Assembly (NCBI GenBank): GCA_030265395.1
Contig: JARFYF010000094.1
Coordinates: forward strand, 19,706,512-19,770,511
Direction: 5' to 3'
DNA length: 64,000 bases
From: Rhina ancylostomus
Taxonomy: Eukaryota
Below, piece by piece: positions 25,359 to 38,639 of the stretch. Positions within the stretch are counted from its first letter, which is position 1. The number at the start of each line of letters is the position of its first letter. The translations under genes and the position numbers were made by a program. The notes under the pieces are model-generated. The model was not told the origin of the DNA and did no database searches. It saw only the letters and a program-made list of their open reading frames with translations.

Positions 25359-25708
25359 CAGTAAAACTCAGATAACCTGATTATTTGGGAAGTCCAGTGG
25401 TTCAGTACCGAATGCTGATTCCCACACTTCCCACTCACTGGGGCCGCATTTCCTGCACTCCATTTCAGTCACCGGACTCCTGGATCCTGTGCTGCCCTGA
25501 TTCTGTTTCCCTTGCTCCTTTGAAAATTATCAGGTTCACTGGAAAAAGGTATGGTTCCGTACTGAAGTGAATTTGTGAATTCTTCCAGCTCCTTTGTGTG
25601 AATTAAAAGGGTGTTGGAATATTATTTAAAAAAATCCGATCGTCTCAAAAACCTGCCAGTCAGGCACCACCAACATTTAATGCTTGCCGGATTAACAGAG
25701 TTTTGCTG
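25359..25708. mobile_element. pogo/Tigger-like MITE (about 350 bp)
   Basis: Left TIR cagtaaaactcagataacctga vs reverse complement of right end cagcaaaactctgttaatccgg (16/22 match); flanks ca and tg could be decayed TA. Confidence 0.6.
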
Positions 25709-26769
25709 TGTTTGTTTATTCATTTTGAGCATCCTTGAGAAATGTCATTTGGGTCAGGAAAACAATCCATAGCCTTGTAATTTTTCGAAGGTGAAATCTA
25801 TGTTGGGGAAGGCAAGCAAGAGGCCAATCAGTGTTACACACCAAATATGTAGATATTTGTGGAAGCAAAGACAATCTAGAAAGAAGCATTGAAGTGTTGA
25901 TAAGAGAGAAAGCTGCAGAAATTGAGACAAACTGATCACCAGCAGAGTGGGTGGAGGAAGTCAGATCTGCAAGAGTGATGGGGCAGGAAGCTTACAGTCA
26001 CTTTTCGCATTCCTTCAGATTTTCTGGCTGTGGCTCATGGTCCCCTCCCTTTCTTTCTCCCTGGCTGAGCTGAACAATTTGGCAATGGGAAAAAGGAAAA
26101 AAGGTTTCTACTCATGTCAAGGAGTAAGCTGGGGTTACTTCAGAGTGAACCCAACACTGCAGTACTCACGGTCCTTGTTCTTCATGTTTGTATTGACTGA
26201 TGAATTTGATACATGCTGAGACTAAAGTACTTCATACAGAACAATATATCACATTATGTAACACTCTGAAGTCAAAGCATTTGGATCCACTGGGAGCTTT
26301 GAGTTTACAGTGGTCCTGCCAATATTAGTATGGGATCAGTCCAAAAATACTGATTTCTCAGAATTAAGTTGAGTGGTTTAAACAGAGTGACTTTCACATG
26401 TTAGTTTTACTAATTATGGAGAGCAACTTTCACAAGGAAAAAGAGAATTCTTGGCGTAGAAATGGCAGCGTAATGTTGATATGATGCAAGTTCTTGAGAA
26501 AACTGTTCTGTGAAAATTGGAAGTGTACAAAACCCCCCGTTTCTCTNNNNNNNNNNNNNNNNNNNNNNNNNNNNNNNNNNNNNNNNNNNNNNNNNNNNNN
26601 NNNNNNNNNNNNNNNNNNNNNNNNNNNNNNNNNNNNNNNNNNNNNNTCTTCTGATCTCCAAGGCAAGATTCCTTCCAGTTATTGCCTGTGTTTGTCCTGA
26701 GGAAGTATCCTGACTCCAGTCGTATATTGGTGTGCCGCATTTGGGTTCTCTGTGAGTTTGATCTGGATC

Positions 26770-27021
26770 AACATTGTGACACTAAGCTCTCTATCTCCTT
26801 CTTGTACTCCGACTCATCATTATTTGAGATATGGCCCACTATGGTGGTATCATCTGCAAACTTGTAGATGGAGCTAGAGCAGAATCTGACCACACAGTCA
26901 TGAGTTTATAGGGAGTACAGTAGGGGGCTAAGGACGCAGCCTTGTGGGGCACCAGTGTTGAGAATAATCGTGTCGGAGGTATGGCTGCCTATCCTCACTG
27001 ATTGTGGTCTGTTGGTCAGGA
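26770..27021 (-). mobile_element. Rex1/Babar-type LINE RT catalytic core fragment
   Basis: Minus frame [78 protein letters not shown]. Confidence 0.92.
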
Positions 27022-27362
27022 CGTCACTTTGATACTACTGTTCCATTCTAATTACATTTCAGCAAATCCCATCCATTGGTGGAATCATTCTCTTCCATTG
27101 TAGTGTACATTTATAAGGCACTGAACTGTCTTATACTGACATTCCTGACCGTTTTTCTGTCTCATTGTGTGAGATTACAAAAAACACTTTATGTGGCTTT
27201 AAATTCACAAAACTCATCTCTGGTAGAACATCTACTGATGATCCTTGGTGTGTGTCCTCTGTGCTGAAATGTTAGCCACTCACATAAAGTGACAGAATCA
27301 CAATGAAGTGGAACACAGGCAGAATAGCAATTTGAAAGAAGTCAGGCAGGTTTCCAAAAAGA

Positions 27363-27605
27363 GACACAAGAGACCAGAAGTGGTGGAATCTGGAGCAACA
27401 AAGAATCTGCTGGAGGAACTCAATGGGTCGAGCAGCATTTGTGGGAGGAAAGAAATTGTCAACATTTCCAGTTTAAACCTTGCATCAGAACATAGAACAT
27501 AGAACAGTACAGTACAGAACAGGACTGAGTTTACTATTTCTTTCCTCCCACAGAGTCTGCTCCACCCACCAAGTTCCTCCAGCAGATTCTTTTTTGCTTT
27601 AGGTT
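27363..27605. repeat. Palindromic Penelope-pLTR-derived element
   Basis: Inverted arms aagaatctgctggaggaact / agttcctccagcagattctt and tgtgggaggaaagaaat / atttctttcctcccaca. Confidence 0.85.
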
Positions 27606-27959
27606 TCCAAAAAGAATCCATGAGATACATGTTTGGACACTCTCCTCAGACTGTACACCCAGTGTCCATATTGGGTGTGCACCTGGCACAACTCATTAAT
27701 GTGTAGCACCTCACAACACGCTAACAAGTCTGAAATATGGTAATGCTTATTAGTGATTCCTTGAGTGTAATGCAATACTCTAATAATTATATGCATATTC
27801 ATCTTGAAGTTATAATGTACAGACATAGGCAACTGTTAAAACTGCAGCTCCAACCTGTATTTTCCATCCTGGCTCCTCCTCTGTCCTCATATTTGACATA
27901 TTCCTAAATTCAGTTTAGAATATATGGTCACCTAATGTGAGGATGTGGTGGTTGGATGC

Positions 27960-28230
27960 TTCAAAAATCATATGATTCGTACAGAGTAAAAAATGAGTTT
28001 TTGTTGGGGTGACTGTGTTTGACAGATCTAATAATTTTTTTCCAAGATGTAATTTGCAAAATAAATACAGGGAAACTGGCTGGTGTGGCAGATTTAGATT
28101 TTCAGCAAAACATTAGAAAACGTGCCACACTGAAGTTTGTGCCTTAAAATAAGGCTGATGGGGTTGCAGGTGGTATATTCGCATGGATAGGTGGGAAAGC
28201 AGTTCCCAGGGAATTGCCACAGGATCAGTC
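27960..28230 (+). mobile_element. Old CR1 RT fragment
   Basis: CLTDLIIFFQDVICKINTGKLAGVADLDFQQ...VPH, compare 'CLTNLxxFFxxV...DVxYLDFQKAFDKVPH'. Confidence 0.75.
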
Positions 28231-28454
28231 TGAAACCTTCCTTAGAGTCCTAAATGTCCTAGCTCTTCCCTTAAGTTTCTATTGAACTTCTTCACAAAAT
28301 CATTCATCATCTCCACCTCTACCACCATGGTTGGCAAGGAGTTCTGGGGTACCACTTGCTGTGCTGAATACTTGGATGAAAGAAAAAAGTGTGAAGTTTA
28401 TCATGATATGAAACAAGATGGGAGAGCATGCTGAGAGGAAGGTTTAGAAGCACA

Positions 28455-28612
28455 GCAGTTAAGTTACTGGATTGGTACCAAAAGGTCTGGAATATTGATC
28501 CAGGGACATGAGTTCAAATCTCAATTAGGTAACTCAGAATTTAAAATCAGTTACTTAAATAAGTCTTAAAGTTACCTCAATGTTGTAAGATCTTATCTGG
28601 TTCACTAAGCCC
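28455..28612 (+). mobile_element. LF-SINE-like tRNA SINE 5' part
   Basis: ttactggattggtacc...gatccagggacatgagttcaaatc (B-box-like)...tctggttcactaagccc; similar to 45395-45715. Confidence 0.5.
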
Positions 28613-29019
28613 TGCTCTGCTGCTGAACTTATGGCTGGTGTATGTACTGTGATCCTGTTCAGTTGAATGGGATTGCTGGCCTTAAATGAAAAGGTAAATG
28701 CACCTAAGTGTTTCTTATTTTACTTAATCTTGACATCTAGAATTCATATTTGCCACTTAAAGGTGTTTTTAAATAAATGTTTTTGGAACATATTTTAATT
28801 TTTACTAGTTGATTATTGCTTTTAGAAATGTTTTTAAATAGCTCTGATCATCAGAGACATTTAAAAATGATTCAAAGGCTATTGGTAGCAGCAAACAAAT
28901 CTCCAGGAGGGTTGGATCTATGAGGAAAAGATAAAGGGGTGTACATGGCACAAGCCAGATTGAGGAAAATCTTGCCTATTGCTGCCTAGGAGGTGAACCT
29001 GTATGGATTCCTTGTACGA

Positions 29020-29400
29020 ATGGATTGTATTCATTGCAATTTCAAAGAATGAGAGGAAATCTCATTGAATCTTCAAGGTGGATGGTAAAAGTCTATTTCC
29101 TTAGGTCAAGAACTTAGGTGCATTATCCCATTTAAGGGATGGGCCATTTACGAAGGAGAAGAGGAAATAATTCTGTACTGAAGAGTTTTTGAACCTTTGG
29201 AGTTCTGTATTGTAGCGGGCTCTGGATGTTCAGTCATTGAAGATAGTCAAAGTAGAGAATGATAGATTTCTTGACACTAAAAAAATCAAAGAACTTGTGG
29301 TGTGAGTGGGAAACTTCATGAGATTAAGGACCAGCCATGATTGAGGAGGCTGAGTGGAAAAATATACAATGCCCAAATAGACCGAATCCTCTGCTATTAT
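29020..29400 (+). mobile_element. Old CR1 3' fragment
   Basis: GLYSLQFQRMRGNLIE-like segment, then gatagatttcttgacactaa...ccagccatgattga UTR. Confidence 0.7.
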
Positions 29401-29614
29401 CTTATATCACTCCAACACTTAATTAACTCAGGCACAATGGAAATAAACTAAACCTATTTCCTTTACCCTAATATTTTTAAGTGTATATTTATTCAGTTTG
29501 TTTAAACCTGTGCTTCCGTTTAAGAAACTAAATGTTGTGGACTTGTTAATACATGATTTAGAGTTATGTCAATTTGATTGCGAAGAAATGGAACAAATGA
29601 AAATAATCGTTCTC

Positions 29615-30350
29615 TTGGGTGGTCCTTCTGAATTGAGGGTAACTTGTTTCCACTCTGGTTCTTTTCATTATGAGGTCACTAATAAGGCCACTGTGGAAAC
29701 TGAGACACTTTGACACACGGGGCAGAGATAGGTGGGTAGTTTGTGAGACAGTGTGCTCCTTCTGCCATTTATGCAGGGCTTCAGTATGTTCCCCGATGCA
29801 TGGCCTTGAGGTTCTCAATACTGTCTCAAATGCTCCTTCACTTAGAGTGAGGGACAGAGGTTCCTAAGAGTCAGTAGTGATGTTTCATTTTTCAAAAGGG
29901 CTTTGCACGTATCTTTGAATCTCGTCGTCTATCCTCCTAGTAACGTCTTCCTGTGATGGAGCTCAGGCTTGATTCTCATGTCTGGTGTCAGGCATGAGAA
30001 TGATGTGGTCTGCCCAACATTGCTGACTGAATGTAATTAGGGTCTCAGTGCTGGGGATGTTGGCTTGGGAGAGGACAGTAACATTGGTTAGATGGAAAAG
30101 GCACAGGGGGATATGAGCCTAATGCAAGCAAATTGGATTAGCATAGATAGTCCTCATGATTGGCTTGGACAATGTGGGCCAAGAGGGTTGTTTTGATGCT
30201 GTATGATTCTATGATTCTACTTGCAGTGGATTTGGAGGCTTTTGCAGAGACAGCATTGGTGGTATCTGGTATCATTCCAGAGCCTTGAGATGTGTGCTGC
30301 AGGTAGTGCATGTCTCAGGAGCATACTAGAGTGCATGAATACCAGCACTG
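29615..30350 (-). mobile_element. RTE-clade LINE 3' end
   Basis: Minus strand YHQCCLCKSLQIHCK, CR1 insert, TNVTVLSQANIPSTETLITFSQQCWADHIILMPDTR, then RFKDTCKALLK. Confidence 0.85.
30090..30218 (+). mobile_element. CR1 3' UTR nested in RTE
   Basis: gggatatgagcctaatgcaagcaaattggattag...gtgggccaagagggttgttttgatgctgtatgattctatgattcta. Confidence 0.8.
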
Positions 30351-30804
30351 AATGCTCCCTGTCCACATGAGAAGGAAACTCTGTAAATTATAGGGAGATA
30401 AAATGAGGGCTGTTGGAATGGAGGTATTTCATCAAGAGAAGGCGGTTAAAATTGTTTCAAGGGTTCATTTTGAATGTAGTGTAATGTTTAACTGCTGTTT
30501 CCTCAAGTCATTGTGTGAATAGCTAAGCATGTTCTTCTGTCTTTACTATTAAAGGGACTGCCTTGGAGAAAGAGGCCAACCATTCCAGTGACCACTTGGT
30601 TACTTCCAGATTCACAACTGCTGCCTTTCCAGGATCAACAACAACTCCTACAACCTCCCCAACTCTATCATGGCATCTCACCTCCTCCAGTCCTGCCTTA
30701 AAGGAACCTACTTATGAAAAAATAGATGGTGAGTTACCTAAGTTTCTTCTTGGTAAAGTAAAGCACAACAAAATAGAACAGTGGCATTGATTTAGCAACT
30801 TACA

Positions 30805-31160
30805 CAACTTTAGGCTGCCAATGAAATTCTTTAGAAGTGTAGTCATGATTGTAATGTATGAAATGTGGTTGGCAATTTGTGTACAACAAGCTCCCACAAA
30901 CAGCATTTTGATGATTGCCAGCTAATACTGCTTTTAATATTGGCCTGGCCATTGGGATTAGCTCTATTGCCCATTCCCAAAATAGTGCCATGAGACCTTT
31001 TGTGTCTGTTTGACAGACCAGAAAGCCTTACTTTAATATTTCATCTGCAACAGTACAGGGCTTCTTTGGTATTGCATTGGATTACAAAGTAAATCCTTAT
31101 GTTCAGATTTCTGGATTGGGATGAAACCATAACATGCTGACCAAAGGAAGAAAGTGCTGC
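30805..31160 (-). mobile_element. Deu-domain SINE
   Basis: gaagtgtagtcatgattgtaatgta...caagctcccacaaacagca...aaatagtgccatgagacctttt is the reverse complement of the Deu core. Confidence 0.75.
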
Positions 31161-31269
31161 CGAATCAGCTGTAGGTGATTCCATGAGTATGAAGATCTAG
31201 TGTAAAAGAAAGACGTGACAGATGGGAGAAATATTTTCTCTTGTCAAGGGACCCAATGTTGAAAGTACT

Positions 31270-32310
31270 TGAATCATGTAATAAGAGAGCACAGAAGGAG
31301 ATCATTCAGTCTGTTGTGCTGGTCATGGCTTTTTGAAAGGGCTATTTAATCACCCTCAGTCCAACGTTCTTCCCATTTAAAAAGGATGCTTTTCATTTTC
31401 TGGTGTTAATCCAATTTTGTTTTGAAAGTTATAATTGAAACTTGCACCATCACCTTTTTGGGTGGGGTGCATTTTGCTTCACAATCACTTACTGCATAAA
31501 ATTATTGTCACGTGGTACCACCAGTTCTTATATCAATTATCTTAAATTTGTGTCTTCTTGTTGACCCTTTGGACACTCTATTTTCCTACTCAAAAACTTT
31601 CAATATTCTAAATAAGTCCATCAAATTTCTCTGCTCTGAGAACAGCCGCATTTTCTCCAAGCACTCAACAAAACTGAAGTCTTTTATTCCTGGTGCTATT
31701 TCAGTAAATCTCCTCTGTACACTTTCTAACCTTGATGTATTTCCTACTGTGGTGAGCAGAATTGCTTACAATTCTCCAGGGCCTAACAAGTTTTTCATGA
31801 AAGGTTGGTATTCTATGCAAGTAATTATAAGGATCCGTCATGCCTTTATAACAGCCTTCTCAACTTAGTCAGTAATTTACATACGTTTGCCCTCACTGCT
31901 TCTATGCCTGCATTTCCGTTAAAATTCTACCATTTAGAATACATTGCCCATTCACAATTTTCGAACCAAAATGAATCAATTCACACTTATCGGTCTTGAA
32001 TTTCATGTGCTTTCATGCAAGTCTCCACTGTTTCTGAACTTTCTCTTATTAGTAACCTTTGAAATTATGTGCTGTATATCTAAGTCCAGGACACTCACAT
32101 CTATTAAAGAGAGCAGTGGTACCATCCTTGAACCCTTGGGGGATATGACTGCACAATCCTCATTAATTTTTAACAAAACTGTTCATCACTATTCTCTACT
32201 TTCTGTCCCTTAACCAATTTTGTAGGCAAACGCTGTACCATTAATTCCATGCACTTTAAAGAAAGATCTATAATCGCGATATTTGCAAGCAACAGAAATG
32301 ATTTCCAAGT
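31270..32310 (-). mobile_element. Old CR1 LINE (3' UTR to RT)
   Basis: agcacagaaggagatcattcagtc tail; tcagtaaatctcctctgtacactttc (= KVYRGDLL / RRFT region); gaacccttgggg (= PQGFK/PQGS region). Confidence 0.65.
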
Positions 32311-34194
32311 ATGTTGAAAAGATAGAGAACTCAGAGGAGGAGTCCATACGTTGTATCCGTTGTATTGTAGAGTACTTGACATGATGGGCAAGACATTCTC
32401 GCAGCACAAGAGATGCAGTGCTGTATTCATAAAGTGGTTGGAGAAGAAGGTAAAGACAGTAGTGACATAAGGAGAAGCAGCTGTCACTGTCTGAGGGTCC
32501 GCCTGAGTGATCTCCAAGACCTGGTTTGGGACTGCATTGTCTGTTAGGACATTGACCAGTAGTGTCTCAGAAAATTTGCCCTTCTGCATTGGGCTGCAAG
32601 GATGCTTCTGGATGATGCCATTTTCCCAAACAGGTGCATGGACATCTTTCATTATCCCCACCTAAACTCAACAATGGATTGGCAGACTTGATAATAGGGA
32701 AGCTGCTAGAAACCGATCACTCTGAGACAACTGCCTCTCTGACATGATGTCACCTCAGGCCTCTAAGGCTATGGGGAATTACTGCAAGCATTCATCACCT
32801 TAACTTGGGAGCTTCTTGCAGAGATAACAGTCCACAGAGCTGAGCTGGTAACATCATTAGCACAGAGTTAGTTAGTACAACACAGAGGAATGTTGTGAAT
32901 TTTGTGATTGGATGTTTCACATGAATGATCACAAAGAATTTCAAATTCCAAATTCTTTTCTGATATCCTTGAAGTGTTTGAGTTGGGTGCCAGCAAGGGA
33001 AGTATTGGCATCTGTGAAGGCAATAGAAGAATCTTTCTGATTTCTGGAGAACAATTCTGTGCCAGGGTTTTGGTAGCAGACCTGAGGCAATTTGCTAGCT
33101 GATGAAAGAAAACTTCAAACACAAATTTCATTGTCAGCAAGAAAGTCAACCCACAGCAAAGTGGCCAAATGTCTGCATTTGTGAAAGGTAACATCCTGCC
33201 TCAGTGAAGCTGCGCGAGGTTGGGGGTAGTCTGTAGCTTATATATGACCATGTATTTAGAGTGGACAAATTTTAGGTGTTATAGCCTTGGCTGTTTACTG
33301 TGTCTTGAAAATCCATTTTGTTTTACATCAGGAGATTAAATTCACTCTCTTCATGACTTTTAGGTAGGTATTTTGAGCAGTTTTTAATAGGAGGGTTTCT
33401 TCTCCTCTGAGGGAAGAAACCTTCATTGTTATCCATGTTGGATAAATACCTTAAATAGGATATTCCTACTTCTGTGTCCATTGTACTGTAAAGTTAGGAA
33501 AAATTATCTGGGCCTGTTTTATAGCTTCCATTCAATGCTTCCTGCACTGTTGCTCTTTCTCCATTATCAACCATTATGGTGTGCTTCTAAGCAACTTGTC
33601 AACATTTGTATTGTTCATGTGGCTCATTAGCTGTTAAATGTTAAAGGACTGCAGGTGTATCATGATTGGCCACTCTTCTTTCTCATGACTGTGAACAATT
33701 TTGTTCTCTTAGGACTCATAATCTTCAAAAAGTGCAATTTTTGATTGCAATTTATTCATTATGACAAAAATGACAGCTTTCCATTTTTAATAAAAGTGAC
33801 ACACAGGCTCCCTATACCCAAAATGACTCTTGATTTTCAAGTTAATTTCTGACAGACCTGGGCCCACAATGCAGGGTTTATTTAGCCTTCAGTGGCCTAA
33901 CAGTTGTTTTCAAGCTGGATATTTGGATGGCTGATTAGGAAAGTGAGAACATATGCTTAAACTAGAGAGGACAGAACTTTGTGCTTCTTCAAACAATCCT
34001 GACGCTGACCAAACAGCTGGTGATGTAGATGACGAGGTTTTGCAATATCTTTCTTTATTGCCAGTAGTGCACGGGACAGGACTTCTTTCTGTCAGTTTGC
34101 CCTGCCTCAGACACATTCCTTAATCACAATGGTATTTCTATTGCAGGAATTGGGTGGTTGCCTCACTTCCCATTTTACCTGGACTTCAGCTCCA

Positions 34195-34620
34195 GGAGAG
34201 GAGAAGATGAAATGATGGAAAGAAGAGAGGAGAGGAAAACAAAAGGCAAAGTTGGGGAAAGGAGAAAGAAGAAGGGAGGGAGAAGAGAAATGAGGGGAAA
34301 GGGGAAAGTAAAGGGGCAAGCTGGGCAGGGAGGTAGGAGAGGAGGATGAGGGGAAGGAGGAAGGGAGAGCAGAGCAGAGAGAATAAGGAGAGGAGAGCAG
34401 AGACTAGAGGGAGGGAAGGGGAGAAGGGTTTAAGTGGGGAAGCAGGAAAAGGAGAAGGGGGAATGGTGCTGGGATGGAGGGAGAAGGAGAGAATATAGAA
34501 GGGAGAGGTGTAGGCAGGGCAAGAAAAGGGATGATGGAAATGAGAAAGGGGAATTGGATCAGTAAAAAGAGAGGGGACGAGGAAGGAGGGGGGATGGGGA
34601 GGGAAGGGGAAAGAGGGAGG
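34195..34620. repeat. Purine-rich (GA) low-complexity tract
   Basis: About 425 bp of mostly G and A with no fixed period. Confidence 0.9.
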
Positions 34621-35109
34621 AATTTTCATGATCTTGTGATCATGAAATATCACTGTTTCTTATTTGCAAGTTCAGCCAATCCATACAAAGCTAACTTATT
34701 TCCCTAAAAAATTGGAGTAGAGACTTTCTCGTTATTACATTTTAATATTTCTTAACTTTGAAATCATTCATTGCTCAGTGGCTCATTTTGGGCCCCCTCT
34801 GCCACCCGATTTACTTATACTGGGGCAAGGAAAGTACATTGGACAGAATTTTAGTTGGGTATTTTTAACCACATGAGTGAACTTCCCCACATCTGGAGGA
34901 ACTTGCTCTCCAATGACAAAAGGGTTCCACTCCACATTCCAGTCATCAGACCTTATCTCCATTAAAATAATCTGAAAATATGAAATTGGGACAGCATTCC
35001 GTCTCTGAGCATGACCTTTGCTGAACACAAAATGAATCTTTAATAAGAAACATTTTCACAACATCCTTTAGAATTTTATAATTCTTCAGAACAACCATTT
35101 GTTTTAAGA

Positions 35110-35380
35110 CATTTTTTGGAATCTGGGAGTTACTGGCAAGGACAGCAGTTATTATCCAAAACATTACTTGCTCTCAAAGTGAGTAGCTTGCTGTGTTACT
35201 TCTGAGGGTACTTGACGTATTGATGGGTTTGGAGTCACAAGCAGGCTAACCAGGTAAGAATGGCAAATGTCCTTCCCTTATGGACTAGATGGACTTTTAA
35301 TGACAATCTAGTAGTTTAATTACTTTAAGACTATATAGTTTAGAGATATGCAAATTTCAATTCATGGTTAGTGAAACAAA
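35110..35380 (-). mobile_element. LF-SINE-like SINE
   Basis: gggagttactggcaaggacagcagttatt...gggtttggagtcaca...ccaggtaagaatggcaaatgtccttcccttatggac...tgacaatc. Confidence 0.6.
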
Positions 35381-37509
35381 ATGAAAACTGCAAAAATACA
35401 AAATGAAAAGCTATTGCCCACAGGCAAATCCATAGTAACTGGCTGAAGTACACTTATTTAGATGGCTTAATACATGGAAATTTGTATTATTTATGCATTC
35501 CAAATAATTTATTCAACGCAACAACTTCTGACACTTAATTACTTCATGGCATTGATTAATGTCTTCTAATCTTCAAATAAATTAATGGCATATAATTTTT
35601 TTTAGTTCTGTCACCTAGTTAGTAATTAACAGGCACATAATAGCACACTGCCAAGTGTTATTAACTAGGTTGAACCATTTATCCTCAGTTGTGGCTGATG
35701 AAAACGATAATCTCTGGTTGTCAGCAGCCTAAATCTTTCCCAAAAGTCTATGAACAGTGTAGAAGAGAAGGGTCAATAGAAGTAGTGCTTTGGGGTGACC
35801 TTCATCAGTCCCTAATCTGTCATTTTGTCTCTTGGGCAATGGTCTTCTTTCTCTTTCTTTTAAATGAATAACCTTGTTTAAAGTCCCATCTGTGCCTCCT
35901 GCTCTATCGTTGGTGGTAGTAACACCATTCTGAATCATGTATCTATAATAAGGCTCATTATTATAAATCACATTGAACTGACTGATGCAAAATTGTTGTT
36001 GCACATTACTGGACATTGTCCTGGCCACAGCACTGATTTTTATTCACAGGTAAGTTGACCTCCACAGTTGCACCATTGCATTGAAACAAAATGTCAACTC
36101 TACATGACAGTATGGATAGATGCATACATGACGGTAGGCTGTATTCAGCCCTTACTGATTTCTGATGTTTCGAAGTAAATTGAGATATTGAACGTCAGTG
36201 GGTTGATTCATTCTAAATGCTGCATTTTGTCTCATTTTCCACTGGGAGCATGTGCATGTATATATCAAGGTGGTTTTACAGAAAGTGGCCTCTGGGAGGT
36301 GGTTATGAGATGACTGTCCCCGTCTCCACAGATGAGCATTTGTCCTTTAGCACCTTCCACAGAGGCACAAATGGGATCACAAATTCAATAACTTCCTGTT
36401 GGAACCAATGTGTAACAAGGTCTAGTTTTTGGTTACAGTTCTCTTTTGACAAAACATCCGATTGTGTTGATTGATAAAATCTGTAAGGGGAAGGATAAAT
36501 ACAAAGTTTTCAAGATGCATACTTACATCTATATGTATGTGGAATAAACTCTACCTACGTAGTTAGATCTGCTAATAGGGTAACTCATCTCCCTTTGCTG
36601 TAAAGACAATTGAATAAATTTTTAAAACATGCAATTTGAAAGTTCGATATTAATAAAGCAGTTCAGATTTAAGGACAACAAATCCAAACCCAATCAAAAT
36701 GATTAAGTCTGCCATTGTCAGCAGTTGTTCTTAAAGATGAATCCTGAAACACAACACTGAACTTAAGCAAAAACTGTTGAGTGGATCCAACAATCTTTTG
36801 TTTCCTAGCTTTTTCTTTGACACAATGATGAATAGATTTCATTGTTGGTACAAATAAGGTTCAGCTTGAAAGTACGAGGTGTGTGGGTTTCTGACATTTT
36901 CCATTCCAAGATATATTAACTCCTGCATGGCAGAAGTACTGCAGTGATATATGTGCAATGCAATAAAGCCATCCCAATTTACAATAGTCAAAAAAACTTC
37001 TGGGGTCTCAATTACATTTTATGGAAGTTTTTCCCTCCTCTTTTGGAGACATCAATTTTATGTGGCCTCTTGAAATAAAAGAATAATGTTCTGGAGATAT
37101 CCAGCAGCTCAGGTAGCATTTGCAGAGACAGCAAAACACATATCACTATTCAGAGAGATGATATTTTTTGGGCCCCTTATTGCCACATTGGGTCAAATGC
37201 TGCCCTTTATCAAAGGCCAGAATTGAGCTCTTTTGTAATCTGCTACCCTGCAGTTGAAGTGGACCTCACTGTTACAGAGAATGTACTAAGCTTTCATGTT
37301 TAAATGCATCCAATCTATCATCTTCAACTCTTCTGCATGTTTATCACTTCACATTTTTTTCTGATCCTTTTATTGGAATTATGAGGAGAAGGAATAAGTT
37401 GTTTTGTTTAAACTGGTGGGACGCAATAAGAGTGTTTCAGAAGGGAGTTAAGTGTATACTTGAAAGGGGAAAACCTAAAGAGCTGAGGGGAAATTGCACC
37501 AACATCAGC

Positions 37510-38050
37510 AGCAACATGTATTTATAAAACACTTATAACATAGCAAACAAAATTTGGCACCAAAATACATATTAGGGCAAATGATCAAAAGTTTGATGAA
37601 AGATTTTTTTAAGGAGTGACTTAAAGGATGAATGAAGAAGTTTAGGAAGGGGATTCCAGAGTGGAGTACTTGCAGCTGAAGACACAGCCACCAATGGCGT
37701 AATGGTTAAATTCAGGGATGACTAAGATGCTAGAATTGAAAAAGTGCAGATATACCAGTATGTTACAGCACTAGAAGAATGTCTATGGGTAGGGAAGGAT
37801 TTGGTCATAGAGGGAGCTGGAAACAAGAATGGGAATTTTACCTTTGAGGATGCTTAACCAGGATGCAATGTGCCCATGCCAGCATTGGGATGATGGCTAA
37901 AATGTATTTGGTATGGATTATGAAGCATTGGCTATAATTCGGCTGGCCAAATTTGCGCATCATAGAATGAGAGCTGGTGACTAGTAGGAATCAAAAAGCT
38001 ACAGATGAGGGTTTCAGCAGCAGAAGATCTGAGGTGACATAGAGTTAAGA
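37510..38050 (-). mobile_element. Old L2-type LINE 3' end
   Basis: catgtatttataaaacac tail; ttttaaggagtgacttaaagga...ggattccagag...gcagctgaagacacagccaccaatgg (= GGCVFSCK...LWNPLP...FKSLLK). Confidence 0.7.
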
Positions 38051-38639
38051 GAGATAATGGGATTTAATGAGACAGCATGACTTTGATGGCAGAACACTTT
38101 CCTTGTGTGGGGTATCATTCAGAAGTACCTAAGGTAGAATCATATGTGACTACTTCATGGGGATCTTGGAGGTATTATGTACCCAAGGCATTGTGTTTGC
38201 ATGCATCTCCATGGCAAAGCTCACAAGGAGGGTTTCTGTCAAAAAAACCTAGATGAGTTCTTGATAAAGATAACGTTACTTGTAAAAACTGCATGAATGG
38301 TACAAAGTGTTTGCAAAAATGCTGATGGGGTCCATTGGCAGTGTGGTCATCCAACCAATTTAGTTGTTCTGAATGGTTTTGAGCATCTCGTATGTTGATG
38401 AAGTTGTTTCCATCATAATCTGACTGTCTTGTAAAGGGTGGAAATGTTTTGAACAGTGTTAGAAAAGAGGGCTTTGCATCACAAAATGCTTACCTTTGGC
38501 CAGCTCTTATAGCCACATTCTCCAATAAAGTTTCTGTTCAATGAAGATCTCTCGTACCGATATTGTATGATGAGGTTTATTACTACTGGCAGTATTGATG
38601 GACAGTAGAACATGACTGAACCCAGAATTTATGTTATGT

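Noticed and set aside
32170-32661. 163-aa minus-strand ORF
   Set aside because: It runs across a junction of decayed elements and has no coherent protein motif.
33955-34125. Frame ...DVDDEVLQYLSLLPVV...LPCLRHIP, resembling a hAT dimerisation domain or an exon
   Set aside because: The diagnostic W and ERxFS motifs are absent and there are no convincing splice sites.
34186-34653. Pro/Ser/Phe/Leu-rich 155-aa ORF
   Set aside because: Translation of the polypyrimidine strand of a low-complexity tract.
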